Under the pieces are notes generated by a model. The model saw nothing but the letters and a program-made list of their open reading frames with translations. It did not search any database and was not told the DNA's origin. From assembly GCA_963755045.1 (NCBI GenBank), contig CAVWIL010000009.1:9485-73484 (forward strand): a stretch of 64,000 nt of DNA, given 5' to 3'. Numbering within the stretch: position 1 is the first letter of the stretch; each line of letters opens with the position of its first letter. The stretch is from Nitrospirota bacterium (GTDB lineage Bacteria > Nitrospirota > UBA9217). Shown piece by piece: positions 42,257 through 52,707 of this stretch. Position numbers and translations under genes: made by a program.

Positions 42257-42357
42257 ACAGTACCTCCACAATCAATAAAGAATTAGAACATATATTATAA
42301 ACAATAGTGCCCATAAAAACAAGAGTTTTCGTGTACAGGGCGGGATGAAGACGGGGG

Positions 42358-42512
42358 CAGGACGAACCAAAGGACGGTCTCTCGCAATGAGCCTACGAAA
42401 GAACAGTTGACGATGCAAAGAGCCATAAATCTGCACGTCTCGGTTTAAACAAAAATACTAATAGATCTTTCTTCGCGAGGTTGGCGTCTTTGCGAGAAAA
42501 TTTCTAGCATTT
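42358..42512 (+). repeat. Diverged palindromic element, copy 4
   Basis: GGTCTCTCGCAA ... TTGGCGTCTTTGCGAGAAAATTTCT. Confidence 0.6.
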
Positions 42513-42534
42513 GTGACGCGTTTCGGGACTGATA

Positions 42535-43350
42535 TCATAGTTTCATCTCAGTGAGAGTGAGCACGAAGGACCCGACTTTGAGGTGGCTCTTCATGAGTAC
42601 GGGAACCTTCCGGCTGTCGTCCGTGAGCCAGATAAACACCTCGCCCTTGTTCATGAAGACGCCTTTGTATTTGGGATAGGTCCTGACCTTGATCGTCGGG
42701 AACTCACCGACTAGCGTTTTCAACTTCTCCCTGCCCAGGACCTGGAATTCGACGGACCAGTTCTTTTCACTGTCAAGCACATCGATGACGATGGTCTTGC
42801 CGGTCTCGAGGTCTTCCCTCGTCCGAAGGTAATAGAGCGACGACAAGCCGTCCTGCACCTGCTCCGGTACGTCCAGGGTTGCCGGCGGGTCGTTGTTCAG
42901 CGTGCTGATCACGGTCTTTTGCGCACGGTTGAAGACCACGACGCGCCGTCTCTCCTTCTTACCGTACTTCTCCTTGAGGCTGTATGAGAGGCTTTGCATG
43001 ACCAAAGGGTCGAACACACTCAGGGCCGTTTCAGTCACCGGATATAAGCTGCCGACCAGTCCTGTGGAATGCCCCGTCACGATGAACTCGAGGACACTCT
43101 TGCCGTCCGGCAAGGTTTTACCTTTAACCTCCATGGTCAGGGTCCCCGCTGAGATGATATTCGACCAGCTGACATCGTACGTCAGGGTTTCCCCGGCTGG
43201 AATGCCCGAATGTGCGGCGGGAGGGCGACCACGGTCGGTGCTTCTTCGCTGAAAACGCCGGAAATTGGCGCAAGTCCGAAGGCGAGGATGCACAGGGCGC
43301 CGAAGTTCCGCAAAACCGTGCCTAATGATGATGTTCAAAGGACATTTCAT
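42535..43350 (-). CDS. DUF3108 domain protein (N-terminus frameshifted)
   Basis: GETLTYDVSW, QDGLSSLYYLR, IWLTDDSRKVPV. Confidence 0.82.
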   Translation of the reverse strand: MKCPLNIIIRHGFAELRRPVHPRLRTCANFRRFQRRSTDRGRPPAAHSGIPAGETLTYDVSWSNIISAGTLTMEVKGKTLPDGKSVLEFIVTGHSTGLVGSLYPVTETALSVFDPLVMQSLSYSLKEKYGKKERRRVVVFNRAQKTVISTLNNDPPATLDVPEQVQDGLSSLYYLRTREDLETGKTIVIDVLDSEKNWSVEFQVLGREKLKTLVGEFPTIKVRTYPKYKGVFMNKGEVFIWLTDDSRKVPVLMKSHLKVGSFVLTLTEMKL

Positions 43351-43465
43351 AAGCAACCGTATCCGGACTTCTGGTCGTGGTCAGAAAGGGCACGAGCCGG
43401 AAGTACTTTTCGATACTGATCTATAGTAAATTTTTTAGAATTTTACAATAGCCGAAAAAAGTCTG

Positions 43466-43675
43466 ATGAAGGCCCGGGCACAAACCGAGTGCCAGAAGAC
43501 AAGGCCCTCGATGCCCACAGAGCCCATCAAAAGTCTAATGTCTTACTTAAAGCTACCACGGCTTGAACCGAAGTCGTAAGGGATCCTCATACTGATGCCC
43601 TACTGTGCTAATGTTCGTGACGATCCCCCGTGCACGTGGATCGGTTCCAGGCCCTGAGCAATGGAAACCATTGTG
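43466..43675. other. Structured non-coding segment, possibly an IS110-type non-coding end
   Basis: Several hand-found stems and a twice-repeated GATGCCC...CTAATGT motif; no credible ORF. Confidence 0.35.
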
Positions 43676-43688
43676 ATACAGGCTCGTG

Positions 43689-44123
43689 TTACCCTGCATC
43701 ACCCTCACATGCCTTTTTCAGTTGCTGCAGCATCAAGACAACGAGGTCGCGTGAAACTTTTTCCGTGAGCGGTTTCCCGCCGAGTAGCAATGGGAAGCCG
43801 CTGAAATGCTCGCGGCTGGTCACGAGCACGCCGTTCCTGGCCTGTTGGAACAGAAACTCGTGCCGCGAGGTGATGCCGAACCTGCCACCGCTCCAGACGA
43901 CCTTCTCCCGGGGGACGACCTTTTCGATCTTCGGTTCGATCGTGATCGGCACGGAAAAAGGACGGAGGCAGAACGTGAACGTGTCTCCTTCCTCAAGGCG
44001 GCCCGAACCCGATGCAGCGTCGGTGGCCACGGTGTTCCAGTCAGCCCAGCACGTGAGATCCGTGAAGGTCTTCCAGATCTTCGCAAGGTCGGCGTTGATA
44101 AGGACAGCTTCTTCGATGACCAT
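43689..44123 (-). CDS. SRPBCC family protein
   Basis: INADLAKIWKTFTDLTCWADWN...HEFLF...VTSREHFSG. Confidence 0.8.
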   Translation of the reverse strand: MVIEEAVLINADLAKIWKTFTDLTCWADWNTVATDAASGSGRLEEGDTFTFCLRPFSVPITIEPKIEKVVPREKVVWSGGRFGITSRHEFLFQQARNGVLVTSREHFSGFPLLLGGKPLTEKVSRDLVVLMLQQLKKACEGDAG

Positions 44124-44124
44124 G

Positions 44125-44335
44125 TCAGAATCCTTTGATTCCCGGGCCCGTCTTCTCTTCTGTGTGGGCAATGCGTACAGCCTCGGCAAAGGTCGTTTTC
44201 GCGATGGGAATGTACTTGTAAGGAGAGAATCTGCGCGATCTCGGCGCGGCTCTGGAGGTGTTCTGGACGAAACCGCTTCCGCCGAGAATGAGGACCCTGT
44301 CCTCCGGGGTAAGGGCCGGGTGAGTTCATGGGCAT
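44125..44335 (-). pseudogene. Internally deleted NAD(P)-dependent epimerase/SDR remnant
   Basis: One frame reads DRVLILGGSGFV, followed within ~20 codons by YKYIPIAKTTFAEAVRIA...GF*. Confidence 0.45.
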
Positions 44336-44496
44336 AGTGTAACGCGAAAATACCGGATTGGCAACGAATGAAGCTTGTTCATCTCGCTGTCGAATGGTTC
44401 CCGGGTTGTATTGATCGCAATCCCGATGTCATTGATACCCTGCCACTCATTCCGCAGTTCGATTTCCCAATCCGCACTCCACGATCGCCATCTATT

Positions 44497-44583
44497 TAAA
44501 GTTCACTCCATCCCCACTCTGATCCCGGAGCCTGCCGCGGTCTCGATCACCCAGGCAGCTTGCTTGCCGGAGGGATATATATC
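44497..44583. repeat. Direct repeat of the 3' part of the DUF192 domain
   Basis: Near-identical to 45943-46030. Confidence 0.9.
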
Positions 44584-44942
44584 GAGATCTATAGAAAACC
44601 CTTCACAACAGCTGATCAGCGGTGACCTTCCGAAGCTTTTTCCATACAACCCGTAACTGACTGATTGTTCAATCACTATCGTGATTTAAGCAGATTTAAG
44701 CGTTATGTCTTGTAGTGAAATGCATTCACTTCAGAATAGTTCAGACAATTCCAAGAATTTTTAGTAACTATTTTAATTCATATTAATCATTATGTTAAGT
44801 GTAAAAATATATGGTTTGAGGAATTTGGTACTTAGATTGCTTGTTAAATGAACGTAGATGAGTTAATTTTGATTTACAGAAAAAATGCCTGGTTCGTTTC
44901 AATTCAAATCCCAAAAAATAAGAGATTGAAAGGAGTCCCAAA

Positions 44943-45347
44943 ATGATAACCGAGCCAGAAACAACGAATGAAATCAAGACAATCCTCGTGGTTGACGATG
45001 AACCCGAAAACCGGCGGATCTACAGCGAGATTCTGAGCGACTTAGGGTACAGGGTCATCGATGAACCGGATGGTGCATCGGCTTTGTCGGACATCCGTCG
45101 AGGAGAAAAAATCGATCTCGTGATAACCGATTATAATATGCCGGGCATGAATGGACTGGAACTGGTAGCAACTTTGCGGAATATACTTCCCTCCATTCCT
45201 GTGCTCATGCTCACTGCGTATACCAGCATTGAAAATTTTATTCAATCATTGAATCTCGGCGTGTTTGAGTATATCAACAAACCGGTGGGAACGAGCGAGT
45301 TCATCAGGATCGTTCGCATGGCGTTGAACGATAATTCTGCATGTTGA
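44943..45347 (+). CDS. Single-domain response regulator
   Basis: ILVVDDE, DLVITDYNMPGMNG, LTAY, YINKP. Confidence 0.93.
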   Translation: MITEPETTNEIKTILVVDDEPENRRIYSEILSDLGYRVIDEPDGASALSDIRRGEKIDLVITDYNMPGMNGLELVATLRNILPSIPVLMLTAYTSIENFIQSLNLGVFEYINKPVGTSEFIRIVRMALNDNSAC

Positions 45348-45512
45348 ACATTGAACAAGGAATGAATTACGGGGAAGGCGCGAAAGTCTCTATTCGACGC
45401 TCTCCAAAAGCCCCAATAGGGTGAGGCCCTTTGTAATGGCATGACGACTTCGCTGTTTTTTTTGATGATTTCCACAATCACTCTTAGCTTCTTTAACTGT
45501 GCCGGACTTTCG

Positions 45513-45836
45513 TTATAAAAGCTTACAGAGCCCGTCGATTATATGTTTTTGAATGCCGTCCGCAAGACGTTGAGCACTGGCTTTAGCCGAGACATCCAGC
45601 TTAATGGTCTCCAGTTCTATGAGAACATCCATATTCGTCACAAGCCTTTTAAAGCCTGCGGGTGTCACCTGGCCTGCTGAAAGCATGACGATCCAATGTT
45701 CAACATTTACCGCCTGCAATCTCACAAATTCGGACTCATCTTTCTTGGCTGAAAGAATAAGTTCCTTCAGCTCCTCTTTAGCCAGCGTCGAGCTCTTATC
45801 CGCAATACCATCGATGTAATCCGTGAACTTGCTCAC
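45513..45836 (-). CDS. Hypothetical protein
   Basis: 107-aa helical ORF with AGGAG RBS before a GTG start. Confidence 0.6.
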   Translation of the reverse strand: MSKFTDYIDGIADKSSTLAKEELKELILSAKKDESEFVRLQAVNVEHWIVMLSAGQVTPAGFKRLVTNMDVLIELETIKLDVSAKASAQRLADGIQKHIIDGLCKLL

Positions 45837-45910
45837 ACAGGCTCCTAGTCCGGAAAGCCGGAATTGGAAATTGAAATTGGAAATTGATAATTTTAAAAAT
45901 ACGTAACAGA

Positions 45911-47574
45911 CTAATGTTTATCTTTGTTTTTCAAGTTTTCGGTAAAGTTCACTCCGTCCCCCACTTTGATCCCGGAGCCTGCCGCGGTCTCGATCACCCA
46001 GACAGCTTGCTTACCGGAGGGATATATATCCCGGCTCCCTGGCCTGCAGTTCGGATAGACACGGACGACCTTTCTATCGGGGCCGACAAATATGATATCG
46101 ATCGGGTATGCGACGCTTCCCATCCAGAAGGTGACGACATCGGGCTTCTCGAACACAAAAAGCGCGGCTTCGTTGTCTTTCAATTGGCGAAAACCTTGCA
46201 GACCTTGGGCCCTGGCATCCTGAGTATCGCAGATCAGCACGATGCTGAAGGTACGAGGTTCAGACCTGTGGTCGGACGGCGTAATCGTCACTGACGACAA
46301 CTGTCTCGGTTTCTCTGCTGCAATGGCTTCAGCGCCGCCTGCCAGTTTTACTTCTACAGCAAGCACCGCGATACCGATCGCGATCGTCATGACCGTGATC
46401 AATGCACCAACCCGGAAATACTCCATGAACCCGATCTCCACCCGTTTTCGCGCCTGCTGTACCACGATCAGGTTGGCAACAGAACCGATGAGGGTCAGGT
46501 TCCCCGCCAACGTACTGCTCATGGCGAGTGCGAGCCACACGAACTGTCCGCTGCCGAGCGTTTGGGTAAGCGGTTTCAGCAGCATCACCGCCGGCACGTT
46601 GCTTACCAGATTCGAGAGAATGACGGATACCGCGGACAACCCCGCAATCCTGCCCAACGGCGAGAGCGCTGTTAGATCACCTGCCTTGCTCGATCATTGT
46701 TGCGGCAAGACCCGACACCTCCACGCCGTGCATCACGACGAACAATCCGGAAAAAAACAGAAGAAGCGTCCAGTCCACGCCCTCGAGGATCTTTTCGGTA
46801 CTCACCCCGCCGATCACCAGGAGCAGCATTGCACCGGCTGCGGCAACGAGCGAATATGGATATCCCAGCGAGAAGGAAACGAGGACCGCGCCGCAAACCA
46901 GGAGCGACTTCAAGAGCAGCTTTTTTTGCACACGGTACTCCGGCATCAGGGGCCGGGTCGGAAATGCGCCGGCCTTCATCTCATTTCACATACACAAGCC
47001 AGATGACCACGACGCTCACCGCGAGTCCGGCAAGGGCAATTGGAAAGAGCGCCCCCAGGAAGGACAGGTAGGATATTTTCGAATATATGCCGATGAGCAT
47101 GTTCTGCGGATTACCGGTCACGGTCATAACGCTTCCGATGTTCGACGACGTGGCAAGCGCGAGCAGATACGGCATGGGGTTCACTCCCAGCTGGACCGTT
47201 ACGTCGAGGATGATCGGTGTATACAGCAGGCAGATCGTATCGTTCACGAACAACGCGGATAGCAGGCCGGACGACAGCACCACCAGGATGAGGAGCTGAA
47301 TCGGCGTTTTGGCAAGCGAGAGCAGCTTGTCCGCCATGAGCTCGAAGAACCCCGCCGTGCGGAGATAGACCGTGATGATCATCATCCCGAGGAGCAGCAG
47401 GAGCGTGTGCATGTCGATGGCGCTAAATGCCTGATCGAGGGTGAGCACACCAAAGACGACCATCAGCACCGCTCCCACGAGGGCGCCCGCGGGCCGGTCG
47501 ATATGCAGACGCGGGATCTGGCGCAGGCCGATGAACAGGTAGGTGATGATGAAAATGATGAGTGCGGTGATCAT
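45911..47574 (-). CDS. ArsB/NhaD-family anion permease with C-terminal DUF192 domain (frameshifts near 46980 and 46670)
   Basis: FVNDTIC, SNIGSVMTVTGNPQN, SNLVSNVPA, AGNLTLIGSVAN, then RAQGL...FWMGSVAYPIDIIF...VIETAAG. Confidence 0.82.
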
Positions 47575-47590
47575 GGTTGTCGGTTTATCG

Positions 47591-47765
47591 GAATCAAGTT
47601 CTTCTTCAGGAAATTTTCTCGCAGTGGCCTATGAAAGAAAAGCGGCCACTTAAGGACTTCCGCAGAGCTCGCAGAGAAAAGCTTAATAAATGTTCTGGGT
47701 AAATACCAAGACTAAAGGTTTTAATTTTTACTCTGCGTGCTCTGCGAGAGACGCCCTTTAGGTTT
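47591..47765 (-). repeat. CGCAGAG/CTCTGCG element copy 5, inverted, same insertion as copy 2
   Basis: Reverse-complement match to 38165-38344. Confidence 0.85.
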
Positions 47766-48462
47766 TAACCGCCTTCGTGATCGTCGCGATCCCCATCGTG
47801 AGTGAATCGTCGATGACATCGGTGAAGCCGCACGTGGCAATGAGTTGTTTGAACTCTTCAGGCGAGTAGAAGGCATTGATGGACCGGGGAAGATATAAAT
47901 ACGGTTTGGCCTTCTTCGTGACCAGCATCGCGATAAAAGGCATGGCTTTGAATACGTACCATTCATAGGGTACGCGGAACCAGGAGACGCGGGGCCTCGT
48001 TAGCTCGAGGCAGATGAATTTTCCGCCGGGCTTCAGCACCCGTCTGAACTCCCGCAAGGCTACGTCGGTGTCGGGGATGTTCCGTATACCGAAGGCCACG
48101 GTGACGGCATCGAATGAATTGTCCGGGAAGGAGATATTCTTCGCATCCGAGAAGCTGAATGAGACATTCTTGTAACGGGAGCCTTGTTTGACCTTCGCGA
48201 GCTCGAGCATCTCCTCGCAATAGTCTGTACCCTTGACTGAGCCCCCGGGGCCTACTCGCTTGGAGAGCAGAAAGGCCAGCTTGCCGGTGCCGCAGCAGAC
48301 GTCGAGCACCTGATCGCCTTTGCGGATGCCCGATCGGGACACGGCCAGCTTGCGCCAGATGTGATCAAACCCAAAACTGAAACTGCTCGTGAGAAGATCC
48401 AGATGGGGCGCCACCGTGGAGAAGATATTGTGTATATAAACGTCTTTCCGCTTGAACGACAT
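47758..48462 (-). CDS. ubiE: UbiE/MenG quinone biosynthesis C-methyltransferase
   Basis: VLDVCCGTG, FDAVTVAFGIRN, RVLKPGG, YLYLPRSI. Confidence 0.88.
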   Translation of the reverse strand: MSFKRKDVYIHNIFSTVAPHLDLLTSSFSFGFDHIWRKLAVSRSGIRKGDQVLDVCCGTGKLAFLLSKRVGPGGSVKGTDYCEEMLELAKVKQGSRYKNVSFSFSDAKNISFPDNSFDAVTVAFGIRNIPDTDVALREFRRVLKPGGKFICLELTRPRVSWFRVPYEWYVFKAMPFIAMLVTKKAKPYLYLPRSINAFYSPEEFKQLIATCGFTDVIDDSLTMGIATITKAVKT

Positions 48463-48565
48463 TCAGATAGTAACTCCCTGATGAGAATAAGATGCGGACT
48501 GCTTGAACCTCGCTGGGCACTATACCACACGGTTTTTTAGATTTCAACGGGTTGCTGTTTTTTTG

Positions 48566-48842
48566 ATTCTGTCTTCCCCTGCGCCGGGTAGCTCTGACCG
48601 AAAGACGCGCATAGCAATGCTGCACAGTTCGTAGTTACGAGAACAAGACAAGACAGACACGGCCGAGCTCTTTTTTAAAGGGCGAGGGTGGAGTGCTGCG
48701 AGATCTGCATACCAGGGTGGAGTTACTGTAAATATCCGGCATGCTGCGCGGCCGAGCGATGAGCTGCCCAAAAAAATCAATGCATACGTGAGACAAGTGC
48801 CGACTTAGATAACCTTCAGACAGATTGTTAATGAGGAATAAA
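48566..48842 (-). repeat. Second, truncated copy of the 974-1493 element
   Basis: Reverse complement aligns to 974-1258. Confidence 0.85.
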
Positions 48843-48858
48843 TTGCGCTATACTCTTT

Positions 48859-50229
48859 TTACCCCACCACATTATATTCCCGCACCCGAAACTTTGCGCC
48901 AAGCCCGTCAACGATCTTTCGGCAGGCCTCGACGTCCACACCGGGCGCGGAGACCACGGTAGCGGTTACATCGGGGATATATTTTCTTGCTTCGCGGATA
49001 AATTCCTTGACCGCCTCATAGGTCGGGGCGCCGAATTGGGGCTGTGAAAGCCTCTCATAGACCTCCGCGCTCTGGGCATTCAGGCTGACGCTTACGGCGT
49101 CCACGAGCCCGGCCAGCTCGGGCAAAACGTTCCGTTTGTGAATCAGGTTCGCATGGCCGTTCGTATCGATACGCACCTTGCCGCCAAGCCGCTTCACCTC
49201 TGCCGCAACTGCCTTTACCACATCGAGCCGGATCAGCGGCTCGCCGTATCCGCAGAACACGACCTCGTCATATCGTTTCGGGTCCCCGATCTCCCTGATG
49301 AGGTCATCCGCCGAGGGTTCCTCGCGCAATCGAAGGTTGTGACCCTTCACAAAATCGGTGTGATACCGTACGCAAAACGTGCAGGCCGCGGTGCAGCGGT
49401 TTGTGATGTTGAGATAGAGCGAGTTCCGTATGGGATAGGTTATCTGGCCGCGATCAGGTATCGTGCCGATGCCGAAGAGCTGCATGGCATTGAAGCTCGT
49501 GATCCTGGCAACGTCATCGAACGTGAGCCCCTTGATTGCAGCAACGGCCTCCGCCGTATAGCGTACGAAGGCGGGCTCGTTTCTTTTGCCGCGCATCGGT
49601 ACGGGAGAAAGATACGGTGCGTCCGTCTCGACCAGCAGGTGTTCGATCGGGATCCTGTGCACGACCTCGCGCAGGGCTTCGGCCTTGGGAAAGGTGACCG
49701 GCCCAGCGATGGAGATCAGGAACCCCATCTCAATGAAGGTTTTCGCCAGCTCCACATCGCCGGAAAAGCAATGCATGACGCCGCCGAGCCCGGGCGCCCA
49801 TTCTTCGGTCAGGATCTGGAGCATATCGTCATGGGCGTCGCGGTCATGAACAATGATGGGAAGCTTGAGTTCGCGCGCTTCGTGCAACATGTCTCGGAAT
49901 TTTCTTTTCTGGTCCGTGCGGGGCGAATGTTCGTAATGATAGTCGAGCCCGATCTCGCCGTAAGCTACGACCTTCTTGTGCTGCGCAAAGTGTCTGATGA
50001 TATCGTATGCGGGATGAAGAACATCCTTCACCTCGTGGGGGTGGATGCCGATGGCGGCGTAGATGAATTCGTGCTTATCCGCAAGCATCACCGCGTCACG
50101 GCATGATTCGATCGTCGTGCCGATGGTGACGATGTATTCGACGCCCGCTTCGCGTGCCCGTTTGATCACCTCGTCGCGGTCGTCATTGAACTCGCGCATC
50201 TCGAGATGCGCGTGGGTGTCGATCAGCAT
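48859..50229 (-). CDS. TatD DNase fused to a TatD-associated radical SAM domain
   Basis: LIDTHAHL, GEIGLDY, ETDAPY; then YLNITNRCTAACTFC, FCGYGEP. Confidence 0.93.
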   Translation of the reverse strand: MLIDTHAHLEMREFNDDRDEVIKRAREAGVEYIVTIGTTIESCRDAVMLADKHEFIYAAIGIHPHEVKDVLHPAYDIIRHFAQHKKVVAYGEIGLDYHYEHSPRTDQKRKFRDMLHEARELKLPIIVHDRDAHDDMLQILTEEWAPGLGGVMHCFSGDVELAKTFIEMGFLISIAGPVTFPKAEALREVVHRIPIEHLLVETDAPYLSPVPMRGKRNEPAFVRYTAEAVAAIKGLTFDDVARITSFNAMQLFGIGTIPDRGQITYPIRNSLYLNITNRCTAACTFCVRYHTDFVKGHNLRLREEPSADDLIREIGDPKRYDEVVFCGYGEPLIRLDVVKAVAAEVKRLGGKVRIDTNGHANLIHKRNVLPELAGLVDAVSVSLNAQSAEVYERLSQPQFGAPTYEAVKEFIREARKYIPDVTATVVSAPGVDVEACRKIVDGLGAKFRVREYNVVG

Positions 50230-50263
50230 GCTCTCAACCTTTTCTCAAGAAAAACATAGTTAA

Positions 50264-50451
50264 CCACGGATGGACACGGATGAGCACGGATGAAGAAAAG
50301 AGAGCTTCGGGTTTGCTGCAAATAAACACGATTTGAAAAACCGTAAGGAAATATACGAAGCCGTGATACCGCTGAAAAAATCAATTCAATGTCTTTCCTC
50401 TACACCCTGCTCCTTCGTTTGTTAACCGTGTGCATCCGTGTCCATCCGTGG
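50264..50451. repeat. Empty CACGGAT-type inverted repeat element
   Basis: CCACGGATGGACACGGATGAGCACGGAT ... CCGTGTGCATCCGTGTCCATCCGTGG; same arms as the GxxExxY element, no gene inside. Confidence 0.85.
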
Positions 50452-50506
50452 TAAAATATTCTTTGACTTTATTTGCGATCATCGCGTCCATTCGCGGCTC
50501 AACAGC

Positions 50507-52472
50507 CTACTTCACCCTGCTCCCCGTTTTCGTCTCCCGGTCGAAGGTGGCCACGGCAAGCAGGTCCCCGCTGCTCGCGGCGAGCAGCATGCCCTGGGAC
50601 TCAATGCCCATGAGCTTGGCGGGCTTCAGGTTCGCCACGATCACGATTGACTTGCCCATGAGCTCTTCAGGACCATAGCTCTTCCCGATGCCGGCAACCA
50701 CCTGGCGGGTTTCAGTGCCGATGTCCACCTTGAGTTTTATCAGTTTCTCTGATTTCTCAACGCGCTCGGCAGAAATAATCTTGCCGACCCTGAGGTCGAC
50801 CTTCATGAAATCCTCTATCCCGATAAGCTCCGGACCGGCCGCTGCCGGCTGTGGCGCAGGTTCCTTTACATCCTCTACCGTTTTTTCCATCTTCTTCTCC
50901 ATATTCTTATTCCGGTCGATCCTGGGAAATAATTGCGCGCCGGGCTGAATGGCGGTGCCGGGCGTTAACTTCCCCCATTGCTGTTCTTCGTTCAACCGGC
51001 ACGAGGCGATCTGCTTGTCCCTGCCAAGAGCGTTCCATATCTTTTGTGAGGTCAACGGCATCACCGGATAGAGATACAGCCCGATCAGCCTGAGCGACTC
51101 CGAAAGGTTATAGAGCACGGTTCCGAGGCGCGCCATATCGTTTTTCTTTGCAAGCGTCCAGGGCGCGTTCTCTTCCACGTAGCGGTTCGCGCGCGTTACG
51201 AGCGACCACACCTCGTGAAGATACTTGGTGAACGCGAGCGTTGACAGATTTTCATCGATCCTGGACAAGATCGGCGCCGCGGTCTCGCGCAGTTCACGGT
51301 CGAGCGGCTGTTCAACTCCTGCTGTCGGGATCTTTCCTTCAAAGTACTTCCCGATCATCGTCTGTACCCGCGAGAGCAGGTTCCCCAGGTCGTTCGCCAG
51401 CTCGGTATTGAAGCGCGTGACAAAGGTCTCTTTCGAAAAGTCGCCGTCCAGTCCGAAGGGCACTTCCCGCAGCACGAAATAGCGAAACGCATCGGCGCCG
51501 TAAGCATCGACGACCTCGTGCGGATCGATCACATTCCCGAGCGACTTCGACATCTTTTTGCCGTCCTGTGTCCACCAGCCGTGGGCAAAGATGTTCCCCG
51601 GAAGCGGCAGTCCGAGCCCCATCAGCATCGTGGACCAGTACACACTGTGCGTTGTAAGGATGTCCTTGCCGACCAGGTGGTGGTCCGCAGGCCACCAGAA
51701 TTTTTCCCGTGCAGCCGGGTCCGTCGAGCCCTGCTGCCGGAGGGCTCAGATACCGCGTGGCTGAAAAATAATTCACGAGGGCGTCGAACCAGACGTAGGT
51801 GACAAAATTGTTATCGAACGGCAGTTCGATCCCCCAGGCAAGCCGCGCCTTGGGCCGCGAGATACAGAGATCGCCCAGGGTCTGCGATTTCAAAAACCCG
51901 AGCACCTCATTGCGCCGGGAATCGGGACGGATATAGTTCGGGTTCTGTTCGATATGCGCGATAAGGCGTTCCTGATACTTGCTCATCAGAAAAAAATAGT
52001 TGCTTTCCGAGATACGCTCCACCGGCCTGCCGCAATCCGGGCATTTGCCTTCCACGATCTCCTTCTCGGTCCAGAATCGCTCATCAGGCGTGCAGTACCA
52101 GCCTTCATAGGTCCGCTGCTCCAGTTCGCCCTGGTCGAAGAGCTTCTGGAGCAATTCCTGCACCACGGCGACATGTTCCTTGTCGGTCGTGCGGATGAAG
52201 GCATCGTTCGTGATATCAAGCTTTTTCCAGAGCTTCTGGAAGTTCACGGTCATGCTGTCCGCGTGCGCCTTTGGGGTAAGCCCGCGCTCCTGCGCGGCCT
52301 TTGCCACCTTCTGGCCGTGCTCGTCCGTGCCCGTGAGGAAGAACACGGCATCCCCCCTGAGCCGATGGTAGCGCGCAAGCACGTCCGCCGCGATCGTTGT
52401 GTAAGCGTGCCCGATATGCGGCACATCATTCACGTAATAGATGGGAGTAGTGATGTAGAATTTACCGGTCAT
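50507..52472 (-). CDS. metG: Methionine--tRNA ligase (frameshift near 51715)
   Basis: [27 protein letters not shown]-terminal tRNA-binding domain. Confidence 0.97.
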
Positions 52473-52493
52473 ATGTTCGTTATTCGGAACTCA

Positions 52494-52631
52494 TTGATGA
52501 TGGTCTCGTAAAATCGTCATACCCGCGAAGGCAGGTATCCAGGTTCCAAGTGATTGCCGGAAAAGATGATTCCCGTTTTCACGGGAATGACGGCAAAAGT
52601 GTTTTCAAAACTATTTTCACGAATTTATCAA
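52494..52631. repeat. MITE-like ends enclosing a CGTCAT palindrome
   Basis: TTGATG..GGTCTCGTAAAA ... TTTTCACGAATTTATCAA around CGTCATACCCG...GGAATGACG (52515-52592). Confidence 0.65.
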
Positions 52632-52707
52632 CTGGGAATGCGCAATTCGTACGATGCCCACGCCCCATGACCCCTGACCCGTGACCCTACCTAACTCCGG
52701 GCCTGCC

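Noticed and set aside
49138-50106. Long antisense ORFs (also 8949-9941, 15763-16701, 29272-30321, 52733-53989)
   Set aside because: Shadow frames of GC-rich genes with no recognisable motifs.
48859-50229. TatD-radical SAM fusion as a novel system
   Set aside because: TatD-associated radical SAM domains next to metG are an already described arrangement.
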